A stretch of 64,000 nt of DNA from Promethearchaeota archaeon (GCA_011364925.1 RDOA01000002.1:96001-160000), one strand, 5' to 3'. Shown: positions 30,300 through 40,342, counted from the stretch's first letter. Numbers and translations: made by a program. The notes: generated by a model not told the origin, from the sequence alone.

Positions 30300-30713
30300 T
30301 TGGATACTCAATATTTGATAGAATTCCTTAGAGAAAAGGGGCTAAAGGTAACTTCTCAACGATTAGCTATATTTAACTTTATCCTATCTCGAAAAGATCA
30401 TCCTACTGCTGAGCAAATATATCAAAAAATTCGAGGTGAATATCCAACGATAAGTTTGGGAACGGTATACAAAAATCTCCATCTATTAAAAGAAATAGGA
30501 TTAATTCAAGAGCTTGGTTTCGACGAGGGAAGTGTTAGGTACGATCCCGATATGGATCTCCATGTAAACATGGTATGTACTAATTGCGGAAAAATAACTG
30601 ATTATAAGACTGATAAAGTTGAGAAATTATGGAATGCTTTAATATCTGACATTGGAATTAAACCCAAAGGACATCGTATAGATTTATACTACGAATGTGA
30701 TGATTGTAAATAA
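30300..30713 (+). CDS. Fur/PerR-family regulator
   Basis: GLKVTSQR, HPTAEQIY, ISLGTVYKNL, RYD, CTNC and CDDC; divergent from katG. Confidence 0.93.
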   Translation: MDTQYLIEFLREKGLKVTSQRLAIFNFILSRKDHPTAEQIYQKIRGEYPTISLGTVYKNLHLLKEIGLIQELGFDEGSVRYDPDMDLHVNMVCTNCGKITDYKTDKVEKLWNALISDIGIKPKGHRIDLYYECDDCK

Positions 30714-30816
30714 TATAAATCTGAACAAAATCTTCGACCCTTTTTCAAAATTTTAATTAGAATCAAAGATTCTCCTTATTAAATTTTCATTTAATTACCA
30801 TCAAAAGAGATTTGAA

Positions 30817-32073
30817 ATGCAAGAAAAAATAATTAAAGACGAAATTCTGGAAAAGATCACATTGGAGAATGTTTTTAAGATTTTTAACGACAATGTTTTC
30901 CCAATGTTAAACGACGAAGAAATAGCATTTTGTGACGAACTCCAAAAATTTTGTTTGGATTTACACCCAAAAATCGACAAATCGAAAGATGTTTACGAAC
31001 TGTTTCCCGAGCTAGGGAAACACGGTTATTTACAAAGAATCAATAAATGGAAGGATTTTACTCCATATGGTATGAAAAAAGAAATCCTAATGGGGACACA
31101 CCTCTCTTTACTTGATCCCCAATTAGAACTAGCAAGGTTGGCAAGTGGAATTCTATGCGGAAATCCAACGTTCCATTACTACGAGCATGGAGGAACAAGC
31201 GATACAATCCTAAAGGTTCAAGATGAATTAATGTCGGGTCAGAAAATTGGATGTATTGGAATTACCGAACCTGAAAGAGGTTCTGATGCGGTTAATCTAA
31301 CAACTGTAGCAACAAAAGATGGAGATAATGTGATATATAATGGGGAAAAGGTTTACACTACGAACGGTCCAAAAGCAGACTATTTCTGTGCTTACGGGGT
31401 ATACGATACAAATAATCCACGCGATACGATGGTACAAGCAATGATTAAACGCGAATTCGGCGTAAGAACTGAAAGGTTAAAAATCAATTCAGTCCCGCGA
31501 GTACACATTGCCCACACCATTTTTGAAAACACAAAAATTCCTAAAAGTTATATTTTAGCCGACGACGGGCTAGGTTATAAGCGATTGTTTGAGGGATTAG
31601 TACCGGAGCGTCTAGGAATAATGGGATCTGGTATTGGTATCTGTTGGTCTGGATTGATATATGGGATTCTTTACACTAATCTCAGAAAACAATTTGGCAA
31701 ACCAGTAATTAGATATCAAGGAGTTGGTTATGGATTAGCAGATTTACTTACAAAATCTACCGCTGCAACAAGCTTAGCTCTTCAAGCTGCGACAATTTAC
31801 GATGATAAAATCCTTTTTGCCGAGACACCTTCGAAAGAGGCTGAAAAGTGGTGTGCCGGTATCTCATCACAAGGAAAATATTATACTGCTAAACTTACAC
31901 ACGAGATCTGTTATGAGGTTCAACAGCATATGGGTGGAGTTAGTGTAACAGATAATACTCCGGTAGATGAGCTAACTGATGTAAGCAAGATCGAAGAAGT
32001 TATTGGTGGGGCACGAAATATTCAACTCCTTCTTATTCAATCTCAAATTCAGAGATTTATGGGACTTATTTAA
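30817..32073 (+). CDS. Acyl-CoA dehydrogenase
   Basis: GITEPERGSD, NGEKVYTTNG, ERL, RKQFGKPV..YQ, QHMGG. Confidence 0.92.
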   Translation: MQEKIIKDEILEKITLENVFKIFNDNVFPMLNDEEIAFCDELQKFCLDLHPKIDKSKDVYELFPELGKHGYLQRINKWKDFTPYGMKKEILMGTHLSLLDPQLELARLASGILCGNPTFHYYEHGGTSDTILKVQDELMSGQKIGCIGITEPERGSDAVNLTTVATKDGDNVIYNGEKVYTTNGPKADYFCAYGVYDTNNPRDTMVQAMIKREFGVRTERLKINSVPRVHIAHTIFENTKIPKSYILADDGLGYKRLFEGLVPERLGIMGSGIGICWSGLIYGILYTNLRKQFGKPVIRYQGVGYGLADLLTKSTAATSLALQAATIYDDKILFAETPSKEAEKWCAGISSQGKYYTAKLTHEICYEVQQHMGGVSVTDNTPVDELTDVSKIEEVIGGARNIQLLLIQSQIQRFMGLI

Positions 32074-32077
32074 CTAC

Positions 32078-32110
32078 TTTTTTTTTCCTTTCACTAAAAA
32101 AAAAAAAAAA
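32078..32110. terminator. Bidirectional oligo-T terminator between convergent genes
   Basis: T9 on + after the acyl-CoA dehydrogenase stop and A15 (T15 on -) after the membrane-protein stop. Confidence 0.6.
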
Positions 32111-32117
32111 TAAAGAA

Positions 32118-32564
32118 TTATTTTTTTAAAATTTCCTTAGCTGGGAATATTAATCCAAGAACGAGTAAAGCAGCACCTATGACGAAAGTGATCATACTAC
32201 CTCCGTAATACATAATCAGTATTTTATAACCAATGAATGTCCCCCACACTAAGCATCCAGCAAGCAACAATGCGTACCACGCCCATTTTTCGCCTTTTCG
32301 ATAACCCATTCTAACGATAAAAAGTACGAGTGCTCCAATTCCACTTACCATAAAACCCATGACTTTTTTCTGTAAGATAAAAATTTCTGCAAACAATTGG
32401 TCGCTTGCTAAGTATTGTGCGTATGTTGTACCAGTATATTCGAAAAAGTCGCTAATAAACATGATTTCTGTTACAAATATCATGAGTACGCCCATTCCAA
32501 CCATATAGAAGCCCATAAAATTCATGAAGAATGTTCCAAGTTTTAGATTATTCATTTTCCTCAC
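32118..32564 (-). CDS. Four-TM membrane protein
   Basis: Hydrophobic segments with the motif YRKGEKWAWY. Confidence 0.8.
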   Translation of the reverse strand: MRKMNNLKLGTFFMNFMGFYMVGMGVLMIFVTEIMFISDFFEYTGTTYAQYLASDQLFAEIFILQKKVMGFMVSGIGALVLFIVRMGYRKGEKWAWYALLLAGCLVWGTFIGYKILIMYYGGSMITFVIGAALLVLGLIFPAKEILKK

Positions 32565-32641
32565 TTTAATTTGTCAAAAATGTCAGTATAGTATAGTCAT
32601 TCAAGTTCGTTAAAAAAGTTAATTATCAACGATCATGAGCT

Positions 32642-33406
32642 TTAATACAGTATTAAGCTTAAAGTAGAGATTATTATTAACCTTAAACCAATTATTACGA
32701 GAAAGCAAAAAACTATTACTTGAAATGCTTTGATTGGTATTTTAGGAGTAAGACGATGACCAAACTTAATTCCAAGAAAGATAATTGGGAAACCTAATAG
32801 AAAAAGAATTATTAACTCGTAAGGGAAAATATTTGTGATGAAATAGAAAGGTGATCGCGCAATAGAAAGAAAGAAACCAATTGCAGCGAAATTTTCTATA
32901 AAGCTTTCTTTATAATGTCCTGTTTTTTCAAGCATTGCCACATTAATAGGTCCTACTGCGCTAATTAACGCTGTTAATAATCCATAACTAAATCCACCAG
33001 CTATTACTAAAGGGGAAGTAGTATTCATCTGATGTTCGAACTGGATTTCTTCTTTTTTTCTAAAATAGTAATATAATTTCAAACACGAATATCCAAAAAT
33101 GAAGATCCCTAAGATTAGTTCTATCCATTCTAATCCAATTTCAATGAGTAAGTAAGTACCAAAAACTGTTGCTGGAATACCTAACGACAAGAATCGTATA
33201 AAGTAGCCTTTATCTAAAAATTTCCGGTATTTTATGAAATTAAGTAAAGCGGTTAGAATTCCCCATAGATTTACTAAAATTACCGCGTTTTTAATTCCAA
33301 TAATTGGAGTAATTATAGGAATCAAGATAAGAGCGTCGCCAAATCCAATTATCCCATAAACCGTGCTTGAGAAAAAGATCGCAATAAGTGATAGGTATTC
33401 AATCAT
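32642..33406 (-). CDS. TauE/SafE-family (sulfite exporter-like) membrane protein
   Basis: G.IGFG.ALI..P, GIP...GT.LL; two repeats of 4 TM. Confidence 0.85.
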   Translation of the reverse strand: MIEYLSLIAIFFSSTVYGIIGFGDALILIPIITPIIGIKNAVILVNLWGILTALLNFIKYRKFLDKGYFIRFLSLGIPATVFGTYLLIEIGLEWIELILGIFIFGYSCLKLYYYFRKKEEIQFEHQMNTTSPLVIAGGFSYGLLTALISAVGPINVAMLEKTGHYKESFIENFAAIGFFLSIARSPFYFITNIFPYELIILFLLGFPIIFLGIKFGHRLTPKIPIKAFQVIVFCFLVIIGLRLIIISTLSLILY

Positions 33407-33478
33407 TGGAATAAATAATTCCTAATTTAGATACATTAGAGAAAGAAGTCTTCTTTTTACTTTTTTCTATACCAATTC

Positions 33479-34222
33479 TCAAATCTCATCTATCTTTTTC
33501 TGAATCGGTCCCTTTGGTTTGGTCTTACCAAACAACATTTCTTTGTTTTTTTCCACGAATTTCCAACTAATACCAGGGATTTCTTTTAAAGGACCATCGA
33601 TTCCTTTTGGATTACCCGTTTTTGTAAATGTAATTTCTGTGTGCTTAATAGCTTTGAACACTTGGTAAGGAGTTTCGTACTTTTCGATTAACGATTTAGC
33701 CTTTTTTGGACCAATATCTATAAATCCTTCTACTATGAAACTTCTTCTTTCTTCAACACTCATGCTTTTAGGTGCCTTTCTGGAAAGAACAGTTGCGCCA
33801 TCTTTTACCTGTTCACGATAGGCTATTCTTTCAATCACGATAGCAGTATCTTCTAAATTCCTCGTTGGTATTATCGCAAATCCGAGTTTATAAGCAATTT
33901 TAGCTAGTGCTCCATATATAGATGCGATTTTCATTCCTGTATTTTCGAACACATCGTCATTCAATCCTTCTAAAATCAAGATAGGGGTAGTGTAGGTTTC
34001 TTTCAGACGAAGGCATTGCTCAAATAAGCGATTATCGATTATAGAGGACACAAAATCAAAGCCTTCTTTTCTTTCAATCGCTATATCCTCAGTGATAACA
34101 ATATCAGCAATATCCAATTGCTTTACTTCAATTTCTATGTTCGGGAACTTTTTTTCTATTAAATTTATTAATTTACCTTCTCGATTATCAATAATAACTT
34201 TTAAGGACTTTGATTGACTCAT
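33479..34222 (-). CDS. xpf: Short-form XPF/ERCC4 structure-specific endonuclease
   Basis: IIDNRE, LDIADIV, IERKEGFDF.SSI.D.RLFEQ, LILEG, HhH-like motifs; no helicase domain. Confidence 0.9.
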   Translation of the reverse strand: MSQSKSLKVIIDNREGKLINLIEKKFPNIEIEVKQLDIADIVITEDIAIERKEGFDFVSSIIDNRLFEQCLRLKETYTTPILILEGLNDDVFENTGMKIASIYGALAKIAYKLGFAIIPTRNLEDTAIVIERIAYREQVKDGATVLSRKAPKSMSVEERRSFIVEGFIDIGPKKAKSLIEKYETPYQVFKAIKHTEITFTKTGNPKGIDGPLKEIPGISWKFVEKNKEMLFGKTKPKGPIQKKIDEI

Positions 34223-34333
34223 TTCCTTTTCAAACTGATAAAATAATATTATTAGTTGTCAGATGTTATGTTAGTAAAATATGTAAAATATAAAAACAAA
34301 AAATTATAGTATCTTTATTTAATATAAATAGAG

Positions 34334-34600
34334 TTACTCCTTCGATTTAATTTTTTTACGGATCAGAAGAATTAAATAGGTTATCCCCATTACAGCCAAT
34401 ACTCCGATAAGGGGTAAAGTTAAAATACCAAACCAAGCCGTAATCGGATCTGTACCCGATTCAATAGCATCTGTTGAAATAGCGTTTTCTAGGATAAACT
34501 GAATTAAATCTTGAAAAAATATGAACCAAATTGCGTAAACGGCAACCACCACAATTATTAAGTAAATTAGAAAGGGAGAGACTCTTCTTTTTTTTGACAT
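34334..34600 (-). CDS. Small two-TM membrane protein
   Basis: Basic N-terminus, two TM, basic C-terminus. Confidence 0.7.
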   Translation of the reverse strand: MSKKRRVSPFLIYLIIVVVAVYAIWFIFFQDLIQFILENAISTDAIESGTDPITAWFGILTLPLIGVLAVMGITYLILLIRKKIKSKE

Positions 34601-34639
34601 AATATACCCTTTTGTTAATTGTTTTGTGTGTAATTATGC

Positions 34640-34742
34640 TTTATCTTCATAGATAATTAATTCTTGTGATTGAATCCTCGAAAAGCTATATATTTTATCT
34701 TCATAGATAATTAACACCAGTTTCTGAATACTCGAAAAGCTA
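34640..34742. repeat. Two-copy 54-bp-period direct repeat with a palindromic arm and a variable core
   Basis: TTTATCTTCATAGATAATTAA-[10 nt differing]-TGAAT(c/a)CTCGAAAAGCTA at 34640 and 34694. Confidence 0.9.
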
Positions 34743-34901
34743 GTTTAATATCCATACAAATCAAGAAAAATCTTAATTATGTCTGGTAAAAGAAATAGAA
34801 TTATTATAATAATTAAAAATTCTATTGTAATCTTAATAGCTCGCTTGATCAGATAAGGATACGATATTAAATTGTTTTCAGACATTTTCTTGAATTAACT
34901 C

Positions 34902-35696
34902 TCAGTATTCTCTTAATACTTCCTCAACGGTGTAATTGTCATGAACGATTTTAGCGAGTCCCTGAACGACTTTGGTTGGATCCTCTGCTTGGAAGACATT
35001 TCTACCAATGGCTGCTCCTGCGCCTCCAGCTTGAATAGAGTCATAAACCAACTGGAATAATTCTGGAATTGTATCCATTTTAGGTCCACCAGCTATTATT
35101 ACTGGAATATTCACTCCTTTTACAATATATTTAAAAGAATCAATATCGCCAGTATAATTAGTTTTGACGATATCTGCTCCTAATTCAGCACCAACTCTTA
35201 CAGCAATGTTAACTACATCAGGAGCGTTTTCATCTGTAATTTTCTCTCCACGTGGGTACATCATAGCCAATACAGGTACACCCCATTCTCTTGATGCTTC
35301 AATTACAGTATGAGCATCTTGAAGCATCTCTGGTTCTTCATTGGCTCCTATATTAATATGAATTGATACACCGTCCGCACCCATCTTTAAAGCTCGTTCT
35401 ACAGAACAGACTAAAACTTTTTTATCAGGATCTGGCGCTAGATTAGTTGCTCCTGAAAGATGAACGATTAATCCTACGTCTCTCCCATATTGTCTATGCC
35501 CCGCTCCGACCATGCCAGAATGCTCTAATACCGCATTAGCTCCGCCTTTCGCAACTTTATCAACCATTTCAACCAAATTTTCGAGACCTTTGATTGTGCC
35601 AAGCGTTAATCCATGATCCATAGGGATAATTATTGTTCTTTTACTTTTCCGATCGAACAGTCGTTCAAGTCTTATATTCTTTCCAAGATTCGTCAT
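34902..35696 (-). CDS. aroA': 2-amino-3,7-dideoxy-D-threo-hept-6-ulosonate synthase (DhnA-type aldolase; archaeal shikimate entry)
   Basis: IIPMDHG, GHRQYGRDVGLIVHLSG, AMMYPRG, ELGADIVKTNYTGD, IAGGPK, GRNVFQ. Confidence 0.85.
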   Translation of the reverse strand: MTNLGKNIRLERLFDRKSKRTIIIPMDHGLTLGTIKGLENLVEMVDKVAKGGANAVLEHSGMVGAGHRQYGRDVGLIVHLSGATNLAPDPDKKVLVCSVERALKMGADGVSIHINIGANEEPEMLQDAHTVIEASREWGVPVLAMMYPRGEKITDENAPDVVNIAVRVGAELGADIVKTNYTGDIDSFKYIVKGVNIPVIIAGGPKMDTIPELFQLVYDSIQAGGAGAAIGRNVFQAEDPTKVVQGLAKIVHDNYTVEEVLREY

Positions 35697-35780
35697 AATT
35701 TTTTGAAAAACTGGTTTGACTTAAATTATTCTAAATAAATGACAGTACAAATTTAAAATTATACCCTTAAAAAAAGTAAA

Positions 35781-37352
35781 TTACCAAGGTCTTCGCAATG
35801 TGGTTGGTCGACTCATAGTTGATTTCTCAGGATAGTCAATATTATAATGAATACCGCGACTTTCCTTTCGAGAAATAGCGCTAACTATAATAAGTTTTGC
35901 TACTGTCGCTAAATTTCTTAATTCAATTAAATTTTTTTCTATCTGGAAATCCCAGTAATATTGATCGATTTCATCTAACAATAAATTAATACGCTTCTTA
36001 GCTCTTTGAAGGCGTAAATCTGTTCTTACAATTCCGACATAATTCCACATAAATCTACGAATCTCATCCCAATTCTGCGTTATAATTACCGCTTCAGTAG
36101 AGGGTACTGCATTCCCGTGCTCCCATTCTTCAAACTGAATTACTTTCAATGTATTTAGTCTATCATTTATAACGTTAGCGCATTCATGTGCGCAAACAAG
36201 ACCTTCTAATAGTGAATTACTTGCTAATCGATTCGCTCCATGTAAACCTGTACAAGAGGATTCTCCAATAACATAAAGGCTTTTTACTTTAGTTGAGCCA
36301 TCAATTTTAGTAAGTACTCCTCCAGTGCAATAATGGGCTGCTGGGACTACAGGAATAGGTTCTTTGGTTATATCGATATTAAATTTTAAGCATGTATCAT
36401 ATACTCCAGGAAAGTGATGTTTAATAAAATCAGCCTTACGATATGAGGCGATATCGAGATATACATGATCATCACCTGTTCTTTTAAGTTCAGCATCAAT
36501 TGCTCGAGATGCGATATCACGAGGTGCTAAATCCTTTAAAGGGTGATACTTTTGCATGAACTCATTTCCCCGGATGTCTTTAAGAACGGCACCTTCACCA
36601 CGCATTGCTTCCGTGATTAAGAGTGATTTAGCATAAGGATGATAAAGACAAGTGGGATGGAATTGATAGAATTCCATATTAGCAATAATTGCTCCTGCGC
36701 GATATGCCATAGCGATGCCATCTCCAGATGCAACATCTGGATTAGTAGTATAGAGATATATTTTCCCTGCTCCGCCTGTAGCTAATATAGTTGATTTAGC
36801 TGCGACATTATGAATCTCTCCTGATTTCTGATCTAAAATATACGCACCATAACATTCAAAATTCTTGGAATATAGATTAATTGCACACCAATATTCTTTT
36901 ATCTCAATGTTATTTAGCTTTTTGACCATTGTAATTAATTTCTGCTGAACACTCTGCCCTGTTAAATCATTTACATGTAGAATCCTCCTGTGAGAATGCC
37001 CTCCTTCTTTTCCAAGATCGTATTCTCCACTACTATTTCTCGTAAATTCTACGCCCCAGTCTATTAACTCTTTTACGCGTTCTGGAGCTTTACTAATGAT
37101 TTTGCGTACAATAGATTCATCACATAAGCCATCGCCAGCTATCAATGTATCTTGTATATGTTTTTCTAGAGTGTCATCTTCATTCCAAACACAGGCGATC
37201 CCTCCTTGCGCATAATAGGTGTTACATTCTGTTAAATTTTCCTTGGTGACTAAGAGGATTTGTGTATTAGGAGCAAGTTTGGTTAGCTTAAGGGCTAATG
37301 ATAATCCGGAGACTCCTCCTCCAATGATTAAAATGTCGGTTTTGATTTTCAA
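35781..37352 (-). CDS. nadB: L-aspartate oxidase
   Basis: GGGVSGL, AQGGIA, EGGHSHRRILH, QFHPT, LITEAMRGEG, PAAHY, GLHGANRLASNSLLE, ESRG.HY. Confidence 0.96.
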   Translation of the reverse strand: MKIKTDILIIGGGVSGLSLALKLTKLAPNTQILLVTKENLTECNTYYAQGGIACVWNEDDTLEKHIQDTLIAGDGLCDESIVRKIISKAPERVKELIDWGVEFTRNSSGEYDLGKEGGHSHRRILHVNDLTGQSVQQKLITMVKKLNNIEIKEYWCAINLYSKNFECYGAYILDQKSGEIHNVAAKSTILATGGAGKIYLYTTNPDVASGDGIAMAYRAGAIIANMEFYQFHPTCLYHPYAKSLLITEAMRGEGAVLKDIRGNEFMQKYHPLKDLAPRDIASRAIDAELKRTGDDHVYLDIASYRKADFIKHHFPGVYDTCLKFNIDITKEPIPVVPAAHYCTGGVLTKIDGSTKVKSLYVIGESSCTGLHGANRLASNSLLEGLVCAHECANVINDRLNTLKVIQFEEWEHGNAVPSTEAVIITQNWDEIRRFMWNYVGIVRTDLRLQRAKKRINLLLDEIDQYYWDFQIEKNLIELRNLATVAKLIIVSAISRKESRGIHYNIDYPEKSTMSRPTTLRRPW

Positions 37353-37546
37353 TTATAAGATCATTAAAAACCAATGATTAAAGTACATTTCTAAATTTAT
37401 TTGGAATATTTTTTAAAAACAAATTTAATTTACTATTATATAGTTCTAAATCCTAATTTTTTTTAAGAATTAACATTTTTACACCCATATAAGCTTGTTT
37501 AGGATGTAAATTGTAAATAAAATAAAGACTGATTTCTCTCTATTTT

Positions 37547-38044
37547 ATGTCAAAAATAAAGAATGTACTCTACATCTGTAGTGGAAATACTTGTAGATCC
37601 CCTTTCGCCGAAGCTTTTTCGAAATGGCTTCAGAAAACAATATATGTTAATGAGATTCAGGAACTAAATTTTGATTCTGCTGGAATTTACCATTATTATG
37701 AACAACCTCAGGAAGGTACGTTAAAATATCTTAAAGCTAAAGGAATTGAGATGGATGACTTTGTAGCTAAAGATGTTGATGAAGAATTGCTAAACAATCA
37801 AGATTTAATTTTAGTATTCGAAGAGAAATACCATATTCGTAAACTAAAAAGAAAATTCAGAAATCTTAAGAATTTAAACGAAAAGCTGTTTTTGTTATTA
37901 GATTTTGCTGGAGAAACAGAGGATTTAGAAATAATGGATCCTTTCTATTTAGATGAAATTGAGTATAATAAAACGCTCAAAAGAATTGAATCGGGGATCG
38001 TTAAATCAATAGAAAAGATTATCGAAATAAATAAATCTGCATAA
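37547..38044 (+). CDS. Low-molecular-weight phosphatase (LMW-PTP/ArsC fold), copy 1
   Basis: CSGNTCRS, DSAG, DPF. Confidence 0.9.
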   Translation: MSKIKNVLYICSGNTCRSPFAEAFSKWLQKTIYVNEIQELNFDSAGIYHYYEQPQEGTLKYLKAKGIEMDDFVAKDVDEELLNNQDLILVFEEKYHIRKLKRKFRNLKNLNEKLFLLLDFAGETEDLEIMDPFYLDEIEYNKTLKRIESGIVKSIEKIIEINKSA

Positions 38045-38054
38045 GTGATAAACT

Positions 38055-38540
38055 TTGAATAAGATATCTAATGTTCTAATAATTTGTTTAGGAAATACAG
38101 CAAGATCTCCAGTAGCTGAATACTTAGCACGATTTTATGCTAAGGAAAATGGCCTTGATATGACCATAGAAAGCGCAGGGTTTATGAACGCTTTTACTTA
38201 TATGCAACCAGAATCTCAAGAATATTTGAATGAAAAGGGGATAGACCACTCTGACTTTCGACCTCAGTTAGTCAGCTATAGATTACTTGAAAAGCAAGAT
38301 TTAATCATTACTATGGAAGAGTCCCATGCATTAGAAATCAAAAAGAATTATTCTGAGATTGTCGATATCGATAAAAAAACATTCACTTTAAAGGAATATA
38401 ACGGAAATACAAGCGATTTAGATATAATCGATCCATATTACACAAGTTCTCATACTTATAGGAAGGTTCTCAACCTTATTGACGAAAATATAAAAAAAAT
38501 GATAAGTAAAATAACACAAATTAATACATTAAATACTTAA
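38055..38540 (+). CDS. Low-molecular-weight phosphatase, copy 2
   Basis: CLGNTARS, ESAG, DLIITMEESH, DPYY. Confidence 0.9.
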   Translation: MNKISNVLIICLGNTARSPVAEYLARFYAKENGLDMTIESAGFMNAFTYMQPESQEYLNEKGIDHSDFRPQLVSYRLLEKQDLIITMEESHALEIKKNYSEIVDIDKKTFTLKEYNGNTSDLDIIDPYYTSSHTYRKVLNLIDENIKKMISKITQINTLNT

Positions 38541-38564
38541 TTACATAAAAAGCGTATTTATTCT

Positions 38565-39050
38565 ATGATAAAAAGAGTTTTGTTCATTTGTTACGCTAAT
38601 ACCTGCCGAACTCCAGCAGCATTTGAACTTGCGAAACTTTATGCTGAAAAAATTGACTTAAAGGGTGTTATGTTCGATTCTGCTGGTTTTCACATTGCGT
38701 TCGATCACGCGCAACCTGAAACTATCGAATACCTTAAAGTAAAAGGAATTGAGATGAACGATTTTAAACCAAAACCTATAACTAAAGAGTTAATTAAAGA
38801 ACAAGATCTCATTATAGGAATGGAAAGATACCAATTGACAAAATTAAAAAATAAATTCAAAGATCTAAAGGAGGATCTGAAAGGTAGGTTATTTACGTTG
38901 AAACAATTCAACGGAGCAGACAAAAAGAACTTAAATATTCCTGATCCATATAAAAAAGAGAAAATGAAATACTTTGAAATACTAGAAATCGTTGAAAAGA
39001 ATGTTGAAATGCTAGTTAATAGAATCAAACAAATAAACAAACCAAGCTAA
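38565..39050 (+). CDS. Low-molecular-weight phosphatase, copy 3
   Basis: CYANTCRT, DSAG, DLIIGME, IPDPY. Confidence 0.9.
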   Translation: MIKRVLFICYANTCRTPAAFELAKLYAEKIDLKGVMFDSAGFHIAFDHAQPETIEYLKVKGIEMNDFKPKPITKELIKEQDLIIGMERYQLTKLKNKFKDLKEDLKGRLFTLKQFNGADKKNLNIPDPYKKEKMKYFEILEIVEKNVEMLVNRIKQINKPS

Positions 39051-39082
39051 AAATAAGTGATCACTCCTATAATATTATTGAT

Positions 39083-40084
39083 TTAATTAAATCCTTTTTT
39101 TATTGTCGTTTTATGGAGTTTATCATAGCTTAATGTACTAAAAGGACATACTTTTACACAAATAGTACAACCATAGTTCTGAACAAAATATGGAAAGCAT
39201 ATCTCACCATCAATATGTGTGATTAAACCATTTTTCTGTTGAATTGCCTGCTCTTTTATAGCTAAAGGTGGGCATTTTTTAATGCAAATTCCGCACGTTG
39301 CGCAATAATCCTTAATCCAACTATGGGAGTTTTTAGAATGATAAGGTAGATTTGCTATATTAGTAAATACAGCAGCTAATCTTACTCTTGGTCCAAATTC
39401 AGGTGTAATCAATAATCCGTGCCTGCCAAACCAACCTAACCCAGCATCTTTCGCTAATGGAGGGTATAATACAATTCCCCCTAAAGGATGGGAGGCTTGA
39501 GCGGCGTATCCATTTTTTCGCAAATATGCAGCAATTTTATTTGCTGCTATTCCAAGTTTGTTGTAGGTTTGCATTATCATTTTCACTGTCTTTCTATGAG
39601 GTGCTAAAGCAATTCTATCTTTATCCATCTCCATAACCAATACGATAGCATTTTCAAAAAGGACTGCTTTATTCTTGAATATCAGATGTCGAGGTAATTT
39701 AGAAAATCCAATAGAAGCTAAACCTTGGTCCATACAAAATTCTTTCAGGTTCTCCAGAAAAACATCATCAATCTCAACTTTTTTTCTATTTTCGTTTTTT
39801 TTTAAACTATCAATTGATTTATTTATATTCCTAACATTGGAAAGCATAGGGAGTATAGTTGAACGATTCATTAGATTGTTTTTATTACCCCTCTCTGCAA
39901 AATCGATAATATGCAAGGGAATGTCAAATCGAACTGGAGATAAATTATTTGCTGTGATTACCCCAGCTTTTTCAGTTAATGCTTCCTCTTTTCGATAGAT
40001 TTTCTCTATAGAGGGCTTCATGAATCTTCTATAGAATATCTTTTTAATTCTTACTCCTAGCTTCATAGAACATAACCCTATCAA
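39083..40084 (-). CDS. Cobalamin/2x[4Fe-4S] protein of the reductive dehalogenase / QueG superfamily
   Basis: AKDAGLGWFGRHGLLITPEFGPRVRL..V.T, CATCGICIKKCP, C..CTICVKVCP; start position uncertain. Confidence 0.85.
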   Translation of the reverse strand: MIGLCSMKLGVRIKKIFYRRFMKPSIEKIYRKEEALTEKAGVITANNLSPVRFDIPLHIIDFAERGNKNNLMNRSTILPMLSNVRNINKSIDSLKKNENRKKVEIDDVFLENLKEFCMDQGLASIGFSKLPRHLIFKNKAVLFENAIVLVMEMDKDRIALAPHRKTVKMIMQTYNKLGIAANKIAAYLRKNGYAAQASHPLGGIVLYPPLAKDAGLGWFGRHGLLITPEFGPRVRLAAVFTNIANLPYHSKNSHSWIKDYCATCGICIKKCPPLAIKEQAIQQKNGLITHIDGEICFPYFVQNYGCTICVKVCPFSTLSYDKLHKTTIKKGFN

Positions 40085-40318
40085 GATATTAATTGTAAAA
40101 GGTAAATTACTTTTATTTATCTTGTGATATCTTAAAATTTATTTAACAAATTATAAGATTAATTATACTCTCATATTTAGGGAAAAGGGAGAGAAAATAA
40201 AAAGTACTCCCTTCCTTCATAATCTTCTTAATATTGGCACAATTTTCGAAATCTGTAACTTTAAAAAACCATACTCTATTTTATATGTAAGATTTTTAGT
40301 TCTTACACATTCACTACG

Positions 40319-40342
40319 AATTTTGACACGATTGTCGAAATT
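40319..40342. promoter_or_regulatory. Inverted repeat upstream of the V4R-like gene
   Basis: AATTTtGACA-cgat-TGTCgAAATT (9 of 10 pairs). Confidence 0.45.

Noticed and set aside
32096-32110. A15 (and A13 at 18928) as phase-variation tracts
   Set aside because: Both lie just downstream of stop codons, which fits oligo-T terminators
34640-34742. Mini CRISPR array
   Set aside because: Only two units, a 10-nt variable part, and no cas genes or leader
37547-39050. Arsenate-resistance operon
   Set aside because: No distal redox Cys pair and no arsB, acr3 or arsR nearby
39083-40084. Respiratory organohalide reductase
   Set aside because: No Tat signal and no rdhB-like anchor gene
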